Assembly (NCBI GenBank): GCA_043825735.1
Contig: JBDRRP010000062.1
Coordinates: 62,001 to 104,894 of the forward strand
Length of the DNA stretch: 42,894 nucleotides
Direction: 5' to 3'
Source of the DNA: Pseudomonadota bacterium
GTDB lineage: Bacteria > Desulfobacterota > Desulfobacteria > Desulfobacterales > JBDRRP01
Made by a program: the position numbers and the translations under genes. The notes under the pieces are model-generated. The model was not told where the DNA came from. It did not search any database and saw nothing but the letters and a program-made list of their open reading frames with translations. The first letter of the stretch is position 1, and every line of letters begins with the position of its first letter. Below, in pieces: positions 17,731 through 29,056 of this stretch.

Positions 17731-18792
17731 TCACCTCAACATTTCGATAAATGCTTCGATTCTCGTACGCTGCTGCCCGATGGATCTCAAGGTGCAGTCG
17801 CCTTCCAGCAACAGCACCGGCAGACCTTCCTTTTTCAACGCCTCCCGCACCATGGGCAACCGGGCGAGATACGGGTCGCAAAACTTCAAGGTATGCCCGA
17901 TGACACCGGCCGCGCCGCAGGCTCGGGCGGCCGTCACGACATCGGCGGCCAACCTTCCCGGCGCCTGCGGAGAAAACGTCCTGGCGCAGGGGGGTTTTTG
18001 CTGAATGCTGACGGCCAAATCCATGAAAACCGATTCACCGCCGCCGACGGCCACCGGAGAGAACATCCGCGATCCGGTACAAAAATCATCACCCACAATG
18101 CGCGCCCCGCTGGATTCAAACATGATAAACGCCTCGGGATCGGGCATCACGTTACCGAAAAGAAACACCGGGACCCCGTCCGTTTCATCGACCGGTGGCT
18201 GGCCATCTGCCAACACCGCCGCGATCTCCGCGATGGCCGCGACCGAAGGCTGCGTACTGGCCATGTTGTAGAGCGCCTGCATCCTTGCACTGCCGCCAGC
18301 AAGACGCCCTGCCCGCAGACGACTGCTGCATTCAGAAAGCAGTGCGCACAGGCGGTTAAACTCGGCGGCAGCAGCAGGCACATCCAGGGCATCCGCATCG
18401 ATCCCTGCCCACAAGGCCAAATGATCGGCCAGCCGCTTCAATTCAGAGGCATAGAACCGGTTGGCCACCGCGTCGTGGGTGGCCGGCAGATCCAGAAAGA
18501 TGACCGGCACATCCGGCCGGACACGGCGCCAGGCATCGGCCAGCCGGCGCATGGCGTCACAGCTGTTGACGATCACCATGCCGCGCAGCTCTGCCAGATC
18601 GCCGCTCATGGCCCGGTCGATGACGCGCTTGACATGGGGGCACATGTTGTCGTGCAGCAGCTGCCCGGCTTGATCCGGTGCATCCCCCATGGGAAGGATC
18701 CGGTAAGGGGCGAATCCGGCGGCCTCGATGATCGGCAGCGGTGTGTATGCGCAGGTAAATCCGATGCGTCCTCTGATCGGTGCGGTTTTCAT
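17731..18792 (-). CDS. 2-hydroxyacyl-CoA dehydratase family subunit
   Basis: IGFTCAYTP, MCPHV, NSCDAMRR, KFCDP and GQQRTRIEAFIEML. ATGA overlap with marR. Confidence 0.88.
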   Translation of the reverse strand: MKTAPIRGRIGFTCAYTPLPIIEAAGFAPYRILPMGDAPDQAGQLLHDNMCPHVKRVIDRAMSGDLAELRGMVIVNSCDAMRRLADAWRRVRPDVPVIFLDLPATHDAVANRFYASELKRLADHLALWAGIDADALDVPAAAAEFNRLCALLSECSSRLRAGRLAGGSARMQALYNMASTQPSVAAIAEIAAVLADGQPPVDETDGVPVFLFGNVMPDPEAFIMFESSGARIVGDDFCTGSRMFSPVAVGGGESVFMDLAVSIQQKPPCARTFSPQAPGRLAADVVTAARACGAAGVIGHTLKFCDPYLARLPMVREALKKEGLPVLLLEGDCTLRSIGQQRTRIEAFIEMLR

Positions 18793-19238
18793 TGACTGTC
18801 CTCCTCTATATTGATCAGCACCTGCTGAAGCACTTTCATCGTGCCGGCCAAATCGTCTTCCCCGATACCGGCAAACACTTTTCCCAGAACATTTTCTGTG
18901 ACCCGCCGGGCCGGCGTCTCTGCCACCTGCCCCGCCTCGGTGAGGCAAATCCGATACGCCCTTCGGTCATTCGGGTCCGGTTCCCGCCGCAGCAGTCCGT
19001 CACGTTCCATGCGGTCGATAAGACCAGTCATGGTGGACGGCTCGAGTTTCGCGCACCGGGCGAGATCCACCGTTTTTCGCCCGTCCTGCGCCCAGAGACA
19101 CAGCAGAACACCAAGATACGCCGGCCGCACCGAGGTCACGCCAGCATCCGACAGACCTTTTTTGATGGCTGACGTCACCTGCAAGGTCACTCTGGATATC
19201 AGATAAAAAGGGCACTCGCTGGGCGGGGTCATTGTCAT
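18789..19238 (-). CDS. MarR family transcriptional regulator
   Basis: STMTGLIDRMERDGLLRR..DRRAYRICLTEAG. GAGG RBS before ATG 19238. Confidence 0.92.
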   Translation of the reverse strand: MTMTPPSECPFYLISRVTLQVTSAIKKGLSDAGVTSVRPAYLGVLLCLWAQDGRKTVDLARCAKLEPSTMTGLIDRMERDGLLRREPDPNDRRAYRICLTEAGQVAETPARRVTENVLGKVFAGIGEDDLAGTMKVLQQVLINIEEDSQ

Positions 19239-19448
19239 GGGCACCTCATTTATAGGAAAACCATATATTCCGCATACGTATTTTTTAGTCAACGAATATT
19301 TGCTGCCTTACAAAATGGGATGGGTGTTTTTTACAAGGTGTTAAAAAACCTGAACGGGTTGTCCCCCATGGCCTACCGAATCTTCGGGTGTGGATTTCCA
19401 ACTATTTGATTACTTGAGCTATTTTGCTGTCCGTATTTTTAATGAAAT

Positions 19449-19464
19449 TGGTACGGCTGGTGCT
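19449..19464 (+). promoter_or_regulatory. Candidate sigma54 promoter of the hox operon
   Basis: TGGTACGGCTGGTGCT (GG-N10-GC) about 85 bp before hoxE, preceded by an AT-rich tract. Confidence 0.55.
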
Positions 19465-19549
19465 TGATAGGCTTTGTCATCAATACGTTCCGTTGGCATA
19501 ACAACGCCGGGTAAACATCGACACCCAAAGCGCATCAGGGGAGGTTTTT

Positions 19550-20069
19550 ATGACCGAACCAACCGTCTCTGCACCGAAAAACCCTGCGGTATCGCCGACG
19601 GGTGTGTCAGCGGATCCGCGATGGCGGCTTATCAACCGGACCATGCGTCTTCACAACCACAGACCCGAGGCGCTGATCGAAACCCTGCACGCGGTCCAGG
19701 AGGCCTTCGGTTACTTAGATAAGGAGAACCTGCGTATCGTCGCAGCGGCGCTTCATGTGCCGTTGAGTCAGGTGTTTGCCGTTGCCACTTTCTATCATTT
19801 CTTCTCCCTGAAACCGGCCGGAGAGCACACTTGCGTCGTGTGCACCGGCACCGCGTGCTACATCGGCGGCGCACCGGCGATCTTGTCGACCATCAATAAA
19901 ACTTTTGGCGTCGAAACGGGCCGCACCACGGCCGATGGCGTCATGTCCCTGCTGACAGCCCGCTGTTTAGGGGCCTGCGGTATCGCGCCGGCCGCTGTTT
20001 TCGACAAAGAGGTCGCCGGCAAGCTCCAACCCCAGCAAGTAATCGAAAAACTGAAAAAATGGATGACCG

Positions 20070-20086
<17 letters not shown>
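19550..20086 (+). CDS. hoxE: Bidirectional hydrogenase subunit HoxE ([2Fe-2S], NuoE-like)
   Basis: LIETLHAVQEAFGYL, VATFYHFF, CTGTAC and CLGACGIAP. Confidence 0.92.
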
Positions 20087-21718
<1,632 letters not shown>

Positions 21719-21722
<4 letters not shown>

Positions 21723-22483
21723 GTGACGGCCTGAAGTCCAGAACGCGGCAAAGGGGTCGGGACGCCGCCCCGCTCAGCGTTTACACCCTCAAGATCGACG
21801 GCAGAGATGTCAGTGGCCGGGAAGACGAAACCATCCTGATCGTGGCCCGCCAGAACGATATCCAGATCCCCACCCTGTGCCATCTGGAAGGCCTCTCCCA
21901 GCGGGGCGCCTGCCGGCTATGCCTCGTTTCCGTGGAGGGCACCGCCCGCCTGCTGCCGGCGTGTATCACCCGGGTGCGCCAGGATATGGTGATTACAACC
22001 ACTTCCGAGCGGATCGACGCCTATCGCCGGAAAATCCTGGAACTGATCTTCTCCGAGCGAAATCACGTCTGCTCGGTCTGTGTGTCCAATGGGCATTGCG
22101 AGCTTCAAAGCCTGGCAGCGTCTCTGGGCATTTCGCACGTCACCTATCCCTATGTGTACCCCCGATGTGCGGTTGACGCTTCCCATCCACACTTCAGCAT
22201 GGATCACAACCGGTGCATCCTGTGTCTGCGCTGCGTGCGGGTGTGTGATGAAATCGAAGGCGCGCATACCTGGGACGTGATGGGACGGGGCAGCGATTCG
22301 CGGGTGATTACGGATTTATGCGACCCCTGGGCCGAGGCATCGTCTTGCACGGGGTGCGGCAAGTGTGTCCAGGTCTGCCCCACCGGGGCACTCACTGAAA
22401 AAACGCAGACGACCATGGCGCGGACCCGGCGCAGACAGTTTTTGCCCCATCTTCGGATGATGCGCGATGAAAACCATGAATAG
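21719..22483 (+). CDS. hoxU: Diaphorase Fe-S subunit HoxU
   Basis: [32 protein letters not shown] and [15 protein letters not shown] 21719 overlaps the hoxF stop. Confidence 0.92.
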
Positions 22484-22627
22484 TGCCCATCCACAAATGG
22501 CATCTATTGGCCCCCGGCGGCGTACTCGCTCATTTGCAATCCTCGAAATAGGCCCACTATGTCTGCGGTTGCAAATTCGCTCGAGCCTTGCCGGAAACCA
22601 AAATCTACCATTTGTGGACGGACACTA
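22481..22627. mobile_element. 147-bp palindromic MITE/REP-like element between hoxU and hoxY
   Basis: 20-bp terminal inverted repeats with 18/20 match (TAGTGCCCATCCACAAATGG / CCATTTGTGGACGGACACTA), inner inverted pair ATTTGCAA/TTGCAAAT, TA at both ends, and a second partial copy at 16333. Confidence 0.75.
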
Positions 22628-22647
22628 AATAGCGGAGCATTGAGCCC

Positions 22648-23181
22648 ATGAAAAAATGTCGTATCGCCAGCCTCTGGCTGGATGGCTGCTCCGGCTGCCA
22701 TATGTCTCTTCTGGATATGGATCATGGCATCATCGATCTGGCGGGCAGCATCGAATGGGTCTACGGGCCGCTCGTTGACGCCAGGATCTTTCCGGAGGCC
22801 GTGGATATCACCTTCGTCGAAGGGGCGGTGAGCTATGACCGGGACATCCGCGATCTACTGCACATCCGCCGGTGTACGCGCACGCTGGTGTCCTTTGGTG
22901 ATTGCGCGGTGACCGCCAATGTACCGGGCATGCGCAATGCGTTTTCCCTGCCGGACGTATTGCACCGGTCCTATGTTGAAAACAGCGACGGCGACAACGG
23001 ACTGCCGAAAGGCGCGGTGCCCGGGCTCCTGGCGCGGGTAAGGCCGGTTCACGAAATCGTGATGGTGGATATCTTCCTGCCGGGCTGCCCGCCGCCCACC
23101 ACTGCCATCGCCCATACACTGGCATCGCTGTTGGCCGGAACGATGCCGGCGCTGGAAACAACCTCACGATTCGGAGCTTAG
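22648..23181 (+). CDS. hoxY: NiFe hydrogenase small subunit HoxY
   Basis: WLDGCSGCHMS, GDCA and PGCPP in a short single-cluster subunit. Confidence 0.92.
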   Translation: MKKCRIASLWLDGCSGCHMSLLDMDHGIIDLAGSIEWVYGPLVDARIFPEAVDITFVEGAVSYDRDIRDLLHIRRCTRTLVSFGDCAVTANVPGMRNAFSLPDVLHRSYVENSDGDNGLPKGAVPGLLARVRPVHEIVMVDIFLPGCPPPTTAIAHTLASLLAGTMPALETTSRFGA

Positions 23182-23186
23182 CCGCG

Positions 23187-24650
23187 ATGCAAAAGACCAT
23201 TACCATTGAACCGATCACCCGGATCGAAGGACATGGGAAAATTTCGATTCGTTTCAGTGAGGCGGGTCAGGTCGAAGATGCCAGCCTGGCGGTGACACAG
23301 TTCAGGGGATTTGAAAAAATCTGTCAGGGGCGCCCGTTTTATGAAATGCCGCTGCTGGTTGAGCGCATTTGCGGGATATGCCCGGTCAGTCATGCCATGG
23401 CCTCGTCCCTGGCCTGCGATCAGATCCTGGGGGTGCGCGTCCCTCGCACCGCCGTCATGCTCAGGCAGGCCATCAATTGCGCCGAATTTATCCAATCCCA
23501 TGCGCTGAGTTTCTTTTACCTCTCGGCGCCCGATCTGCTGCTGGGCTCCGACAGCGATCCCGGCCAGCGCAATCTGCTGGGGCTCCTGGCCGCCCACCCG
23601 GTTTTCATGCGGGACGGCATACGGCTGCGTCAGATCGGTCAAACCATCATTGAAAAGCTGGCCGGCAAACGGATTCACCCGTCATGGATCGTTCCTGGCG
23701 GGGTCGCATCCCCGCTCTCGGAAGACAATCGGGCCTTTATCGCTTCTTTGCTTCCGGATGCGCTGGCCATCGTGCAGCGTACGCTGGCGTGGTTCAGGCA
23801 CGCTGTAGAAAAATTCGAAGATGAGCTCCGAACCACCGCCAATTTCCCCTCTCTATTCATGGGGCTCGTCTCTTCCGAGGGCAATCTGGCGCATCTTTAC
23901 GGGAGACTGCGGGTCATCGAGAGCGACGGCACAGTGATCGGCGACCAATTGGACCCGTCCAGCTATCAGCGCCTCATCGCCGAACGCACCGAAGCAGAAA
24001 CTTACCTCAAGTCGCCCTATTACAAACCGCTGGGCTATCCCGAAGGCATATATCGGGTCGGCCCGGCCGCCCGTCTCAACGTCTGCAACGGTTGCGGTAC
24101 ACCGTTGGCCGATCAGGAGTGGGCCGCGTTCAGAGACCTGGAAAGCGGGCCGGTCCTCAGCGGGTTTTTAAACCACCATGCCCGGTTGATCGAAATCCTG
24201 TTCTGTATCGAATCGTTGCAAACACTGCTGGCCGATGAAGAGATCACCGGTCATCGGGTGCTCTCCCGTGCGTTGCCCAATTTCAGCGACGGTATCGGCG
24301 TGGTTGAAGCGCCCCGCGGCACATTGATCCACCACTACCGGGTCGACACCAATGGTCTGATCACCTGGGTCAATATGATCGTGGCCACCGGGCATAACAG
24401 TCTGGCCATGAACCGCGGGCTCCTTCAGGCCGCCAGACGGTTCATCGACGAGCCGCGCATTTCAGAAGCAACGGCCAATCGGCTGCAGGCGGTGATTCGC
24501 TCGTTTGATCCCTGCCTGAGCTGTGCGACCCATGCCCTGGGGCCGTCCGGATTTGCCATCGAATTGCTGAATGCCGGCGGTACCGTCATTGGCCATTACC
24601 CTCCGGGCGGCGCTGAGGATCAGTTGACCCGGGAGCGCCGGCTCAAGTGA
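23187..24650 (+). CDS. hoxH: NiFe hydrogenase large subunit HoxH (group 3d)
   Basis: TRIEGH, L1 RICGICPVSH, EAPRG and L2 FDPCLSCATH, followed by a 38-aa C-terminal extension. Confidence 0.94.
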   Translation: MQKTITIEPITRIEGHGKISIRFSEAGQVEDASLAVTQFRGFEKICQGRPFYEMPLLVERICGICPVSHAMASSLACDQILGVRVPRTAVMLRQAINCAEFIQSHALSFFYLSAPDLLLGSDSDPGQRNLLGLLAAHPVFMRDGIRLRQIGQTIIEKLAGKRIHPSWIVPGGVASPLSEDNRAFIASLLPDALAIVQRTLAWFRHAVEKFEDELRTTANFPSLFMGLVSSEGNLAHLYGRLRVIESDGTVIGDQLDPSSYQRLIAERTEAETYLKSPYYKPLGYPEGIYRVGPAARLNVCNGCGTPLADQEWAAFRDLESGPVLSGFLNHHARLIEILFCIESLQTLLADEEITGHRVLSRALPNFSDGIGVVEAPRGTLIHHYRVDTNGLITWVNMIVATGHNSLAMNRGLLQAARRFIDEPRISEATANRLQAVIRSFDPCLSCATHALGPSGFAIELLNAGGTVIGHYPPGGAEDQLTRERRLK

Positions 24651-24693
24651 AATGGGAAAAGAGGCCTTGGGTGACAGGCCTGCCCCGGATGCC

Positions 24694-25629
24694 TCAAACG
24701 ATCCAAACGGCCTTTTCGGCCGCCATCTGAATCAGCTTCCGGCACACCCGGCCCATGGAAAACCGCTCGACCCGGCTCACCCCCCGGCGCGCCGCCACAA
24801 TGGTATCCATGTGGCTGCGCAGGGCGGAATCAAAAAGACTTTCCGCGCGGCTGCTCTTCTCTTTTAAAATGGCGGAAAAATACTTTTCCTCCGGCAACCC
24901 GGCCTCGATCAGTTCTCGTTTGCCTTCGACCATGAACGGCATGATTTTGCGCGTGTTGGCGTCGAGCCACGCGTCTTCATGGCTTTTCTTGAAAAACGTG
25001 GGAAGTGCCGGAGCGGGCAGATTCAGCGGGCGGACGATGTGGCACAGCGAGATTTCCATCCGCCTGACATCGAACAGGGAACTGATCAGGGAAACGCACC
25101 GCCTGGAAGAATCCGAGGGGTCTACGGCCACCAGACACTTTCCCGTCTCCGGACGGCCGCCCACGATCGCCAAGGGGATGTGGGTCGCCGCCTCGGCCAG
25201 CTTGGCGGTGACACTGCCCAGCATCGCCTTGTTGAAGCACCCGAATCCATGGCGGCCGACGATCAGCGCGGCATAGCCCTTTTGCGATTCATCCAGGATG
25301 TCCCTGGCGTACCCGACGCGGCGCAACGGCATCAGTACCCGCGCCCCCTGCTGCGTGAACCCGTCGCGCACCAGCCTGGCAACAGCCCGATCCATGAACG
25401 CCTTCATGTCGGCCAGGCCCTGCTGCTGCCATTCCCGCAGCGAGCCCTCGAAAATATCGGCCGAAGGGGCATTGTCCAAATCCATGAGCGCTTCGGGGAC
25501 GCGCGCCAGCACGTGCATCAGTGTGATCTGCGTTTTTTCTGGAGACAATGCGTTTGCCGCGTGGCGGACTGCGCAAAAGGATTGCTCCGACCCATCCACG
25601 GCTAAAAGGACTTTCTTTTTCTCGATCAT
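24694..25629 (-). CDS. Universal stress protein (tandem Usp domains)
   Basis: KVLLAVDGSEQS..VGRHG..LGSV, then a second domain LVAVDPSDSS..ARRG..MGRV. Confidence 0.88.
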   Translation of the reverse strand: MIEKKKVLLAVDGSEQSFCAVRHAANALSPEKTQITLMHVLARVPEALMDLDNAPSADIFEGSLREWQQQGLADMKAFMDRAVARLVRDGFTQQGARVLMPLRRVGYARDILDESQKGYAALIVGRHGFGCFNKAMLGSVTAKLAEAATHIPLAIVGGRPETGKCLVAVDPSDSSRRCVSLISSLFDVRRMEISLCHIVRPLNLPAPALPTFFKKSHEDAWLDANTRKIMPFMVEGKRELIEAGLPEEKYFSAILKEKSSRAESLFDSALRSHMDTIVAARRGVSRVERFSMGRVCRKLIQMAAEKAVWIV

Positions 25630-25806
25630 TTTACCCTCCCGCCTTTTCAATTCATGAGGTTACTATTGCGCTTGTCCGGTCCTATTCGAGATGCATGGGC
25701 GTCTTTTTTGATGACGAAGCATTTTTCATAACCGCAAGACCCGATGGCGAACTCAAATCGCGCGGTCACAGGGAATGTGCTCGCGGTGCTGGCACAACCA
25801 AAAACA

Positions 25807-25821
25807 GCAATAACTGTACCA
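25807..25821 (-). promoter_or_regulatory. Sigma54 promoter of usp
   Basis: Minus strand TGGTACAGTTATTGC. Confidence 0.7.
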
Positions 25822-26128
25822 TTTACCTTTCCGATAAGTTCTTGTCCGAGCCCATTTTCTGTCATCCCGAATACAGCCTGAAGCCAACATCGACTGGCGG
25901 CGGCAATCAGCGTCTGGCGGCACTTTGCGGGTAATTTGCCGGTAGCGGTGCGCCCAAGGAGTGATCAAAACGATACCGATGTATGGATCGGATGCAAACC
26001 GAATCGGTCGGGTTATCCGACCGATGCTTTCCAGGTTGGAAAAATAACGAACACCCTGCATGGCTGCCAGTCAACGCCATCAATACAAAAAATCGTGAAT
26101 AATTAGGCAGATGGAAGTCAGTGAGTTC

Positions 26129-26143
26129 TGGCATACTACTTGC
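26129..26143 (+). promoter_or_regulatory. Sigma54 promoter of the CBM48/glgA-like pair
   Basis: TGGCATACTACTTGC about 90 bp before the start codon. Confidence 0.72.
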
Positions 26144-26230
26144 GGAATACTACGGGAGTGATCAAAACCGTTTTGACCAAAAGCAAGTCACAGTAACAAC
26201 GTCGGAAGATCCCACCAAGGGAGGTATGAA

Positions 26231-26539
26231 ATGGGCATACGAAAGGAATTTCTGAAAAGCAAACCCGTGTGCAAGGTCACCTTTAAAATTTCCGAAAAAA
26301 TCGGGAATTCCGCGCAGCAGGCGTATGTGGTGGGCGAGTTCAACGGCTGGTCGACTTCGGCAACCCCCATGAAACGATTGAAAAACGGTGCATTCAGCGC
26401 CACGGTGGCGTTGGAAAGCGGCCGGGCCTACCAGTTCCGCTATCTTTTGGGAGAATCTCTCTGGGAAAACGAGCCGGATGCCGACGACACGCTGCCGACC
26501 CCTTTTGGAGACAGCCATAATTCGGTGATCATCCTGTAG
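26231..26539 (+). CDS. Stand-alone glycogen-binding protein (isoamylase early-set/CBM48-like)
   Basis: CKVTF, VVGEFNGW, YQFRYL..WEND..NSVI. GGAGG RBS. Confidence 0.88.
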   Translation: MGIRKEFLKSKPVCKVTFKISEKIGNSAQQAYVVGEFNGWSTSATPMKRLKNGAFSATVALESGRAYQFRYLLGESLWENEPDADDTLPTPFGDSHNSVIIL

Positions 26540-26628
26540 CGTCCAATCGAGATGCACCCTTTCGCGGCGCTGCCGATTGCTGCCCAAAAGCCGTTTTCAT
26601 ATTCATTTGCAATGGTGGAGGATAACGC

Positions 26629-28185
26629 ATGGACACTCACCATCGCACTCCCAGAATTCTTGTGGTTACCCCGGAAATCACATCCGTACCGCAGGGCATG
26701 GGGCCCGGGTCGCGGTCCATTTCCGCACGGGCCGGAGGCCTTGGTGATATCTGCGCAGCCCAGATCCATGCGCTTTATGCGCGTGGCCTCGACGTCCACC
26801 TGGCCATGCCCGACTACCGCAATGTGTTCAAACGCAATACCCACTACCCTTCGGCCGTCGAGAGCCTAAACCGCTGGCGCGGGTTTCCGAAAAGCCGCAT
26901 TCATCTGGCCCAGGACAGATCCTTTTATTACCATCCCAAATTGTTCCAGACCATAGACGGGGAAAATATCCGCATTGCCCTGGCATTTCAGCGTGAGGTG
27001 ATCAATCGCATCATCCCGGAAGTCCAGCCGGATCTGATCCACTGCTACGACTGGATGACGGGATTGATCCCGGCCATGGCCCGGCGGCACGACATTGCCT
27101 GTCTTTTCACCCTGTATCGCCTGGATTCACCGCGGCTGTTGCTTTCAACGATCGAAGAGTGGGGCATTGACGCGGCATCCTTCTGGCAGCAGTGCTTCTA
27201 TGCACGAATGCCTGTCAATTACCAGGAAACAAGAGAAACCAACCCAGTTGATCTGCTCACCAGCGGTGTGTTCGCCGCGTCTGCGGTCAACACACTGAGC
27301 CGGAGTTTTCTTGATGCGGTGACTGATGACAAAAGCCGCCATGCTTCAGTCGGCCTTGTGACCGAACTGAAAAACAAGGTACGGGCGGGAAGGCTCCTTG
27401 CCATCACACCGGCACCGGATTTATATTTCAACCCGGCCACCGACCGTGCGCTGGCACGGCCCTATGGGCCGGACACCCACTACGCCGCAAAGCGCTATAA
27501 CAAACTTCAACTCCAAAAATCGCTGAACCTGCCCATGGATACCACGGCACCGCTGTGTTTCTGGCCTACCCGGCTGGACGCCTCCCGCCCCGGATGCCGT
27601 CTCATGGCTGAAATGCTCCCCACCATTTTAGATCGCTTCAGCGCGCAGCGACTTCAGATCGCCTTTATCGCCGATGGTGATTTTCAGGAGCACCTGCACG
27701 CGGTGATCGGCCGGCTTCAGGCGGCAGACCGGGTAGCTGTGTGTGATTTTGATAACCGCCGCCTCCGGATGGCCTACGGCGGGGCGGATTTTGTGCTCAT
27801 GCCGCTGCACCTTGACCCCTGTGCGCTTCCCTGCATGATCGGCCAGCGCTACGGGACGCTTCCCATCGCCTACGACGCCGGCGCCATCCATGATTGCGTC
27901 GCGCATCTGGACCCGACATCAGGTCGCGGCACAGGATTTCTGTTCAAGCACTTCGATGCCAACGGCTTTCTATGGGCGATCGATCAGGCTATGACCTTCT
28001 ACCGGCAACCAAAAACACTCCGATCATCGCAGGTGCGAAGAATCATGACCGATGCCCTGGTTCGGTTTGATCCCGCCGATATGGCTCGCCGAACCATAGC
28101 GCTCTATGAGATTGCGCTCAACCGCGCACTGGCGCCACAGAAAGCAGCGCCTGAGCTGTCCTCGCTGCCCCAAATTGCAGCCTGA
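26629..28185 (+). CDS. Glycogen synthase (GT5)-like protein with degenerate active-site motifs
   Basis: ILVVTPE..RAGGLGD, PDLIHCYDWMTGL, MPLHLDPCALPCMIGQRYG and GTGFLF. Confidence 0.82.
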   Translation: MDTHHRTPRILVVTPEITSVPQGMGPGSRSISARAGGLGDICAAQIHALYARGLDVHLAMPDYRNVFKRNTHYPSAVESLNRWRGFPKSRIHLAQDRSFYYHPKLFQTIDGENIRIALAFQREVINRIIPEVQPDLIHCYDWMTGLIPAMARRHDIACLFTLYRLDSPRLLLSTIEEWGIDAASFWQQCFYARMPVNYQETRETNPVDLLTSGVFAASAVNTLSRSFLDAVTDDKSRHASVGLVTELKNKVRAGRLLAITPAPDLYFNPATDRALARPYGPDTHYAAKRYNKLQLQKSLNLPMDTTAPLCFWPTRLDASRPGCRLMAEMLPTILDRFSAQRLQIAFIADGDFQEHLHAVIGRLQAADRVAVCDFDNRRLRMAYGGADFVLMPLHLDPCALPCMIGQRYGTLPIAYDAGAIHDCVAHLDPTSGRGTGFLFKHFDANGFLWAIDQAMTFYRQPKTLRSSQVRRIMTDALVRFDPADMARRTIALYEIALNRALAPQKAAPELSSLPQIAA

Positions 28186-28247
28186 TAGGGTATTGCATTT
28201 TCTATTTCTGTCATCAATGCGTAAAATCCAATTTTGATCCGGGAATG

Positions 28248-28952
28248 CTATCTTTTTGTAAACCAATTGTACATTATTGATGAAACCGTCTCAGGTTTTT
28301 CCATTGTGCTCATATGGCCACAGTCGCCGACGATTACCAATTCCGATCGACATATTTTTTCAACCATTTCTTCTGAGCATGCGCGTGGCGTGATTTGATC
28401 GTGTTCACCGCAGACGATCATTGTCGGGCAAGTAATACTTGAAAGGTTCGGCACCTGGTCGATTCGATCCATGATGCTCCGCTGCTGCCGGAGAAACACT
28501 TCAGCACCTACCCGAGCGGCCATGTCGATCACTTGACGTTTCAGTGTTGCGTCGGCCATTCGATCCGGATGCACCAAAAAGGGATAAAGTGTTTCCGGTA
28601 CCGAATGAAAATTGCCTTCCCGGCACTGCTTTATGAGACTTTTTCGCCGATCGGTTTGTGCAGGCGTATCGGATCGGGCCGATGTGTCGATCAATGCCAG
28701 GCGCTCAACCCGATCTCCGTATTTCCGGCAGATTTCCAGAGCGATGTATCCACCCATGGACAGCCCTGCCAGTGCGAACCGCGCGGGTGCTTCAGCGACG
28801 ATCGCGTCGGCCATAAGACCGATGGTCGCATGGTGCCGGTGATGTTCTGTGATCTTACATTCTGCAATGCTGTGGAGTGATGCCACCTGATGCCCCCATA
28901 GCGCCGCGTCACAGAGCAATCCGGGAATTAGAATCATCGGTATTTTTTTCAT
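28248..28952 (-). CDS. Alpha/beta-fold hydrolase
   Basis: GLSMGG nucleophile elbow, GEHD and CGHM. GGAGG RBS. Confidence 0.9.
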   Translation of the reverse strand: MKKIPMILIPGLLCDAALWGHQVASLHSIAECKITEHHRHHATIGLMADAIVAEAPARFALAGLSMGGYIALEICRKYGDRVERLALIDTSARSDTPAQTDRRKSLIKQCREGNFHSVPETLYPFLVHPDRMADATLKRQVIDMAARVGAEVFLRQQRSIMDRIDQVPNLSSITCPTMIVCGEHDQITPRACSEEMVEKICRSELVIVGDCGHMSTMEKPETVSSIMYNWFTKR

Positions 28953-29056
28953 GGCACCTCCACCGATGGAATATGCTCCTCAGCAAGACTTGCCGGCGAG
29001 TGCAAGTCGAGCGGCTGCGGGGCAACCGCTTGTGATTCCGATTCAAAAACCGCCAT

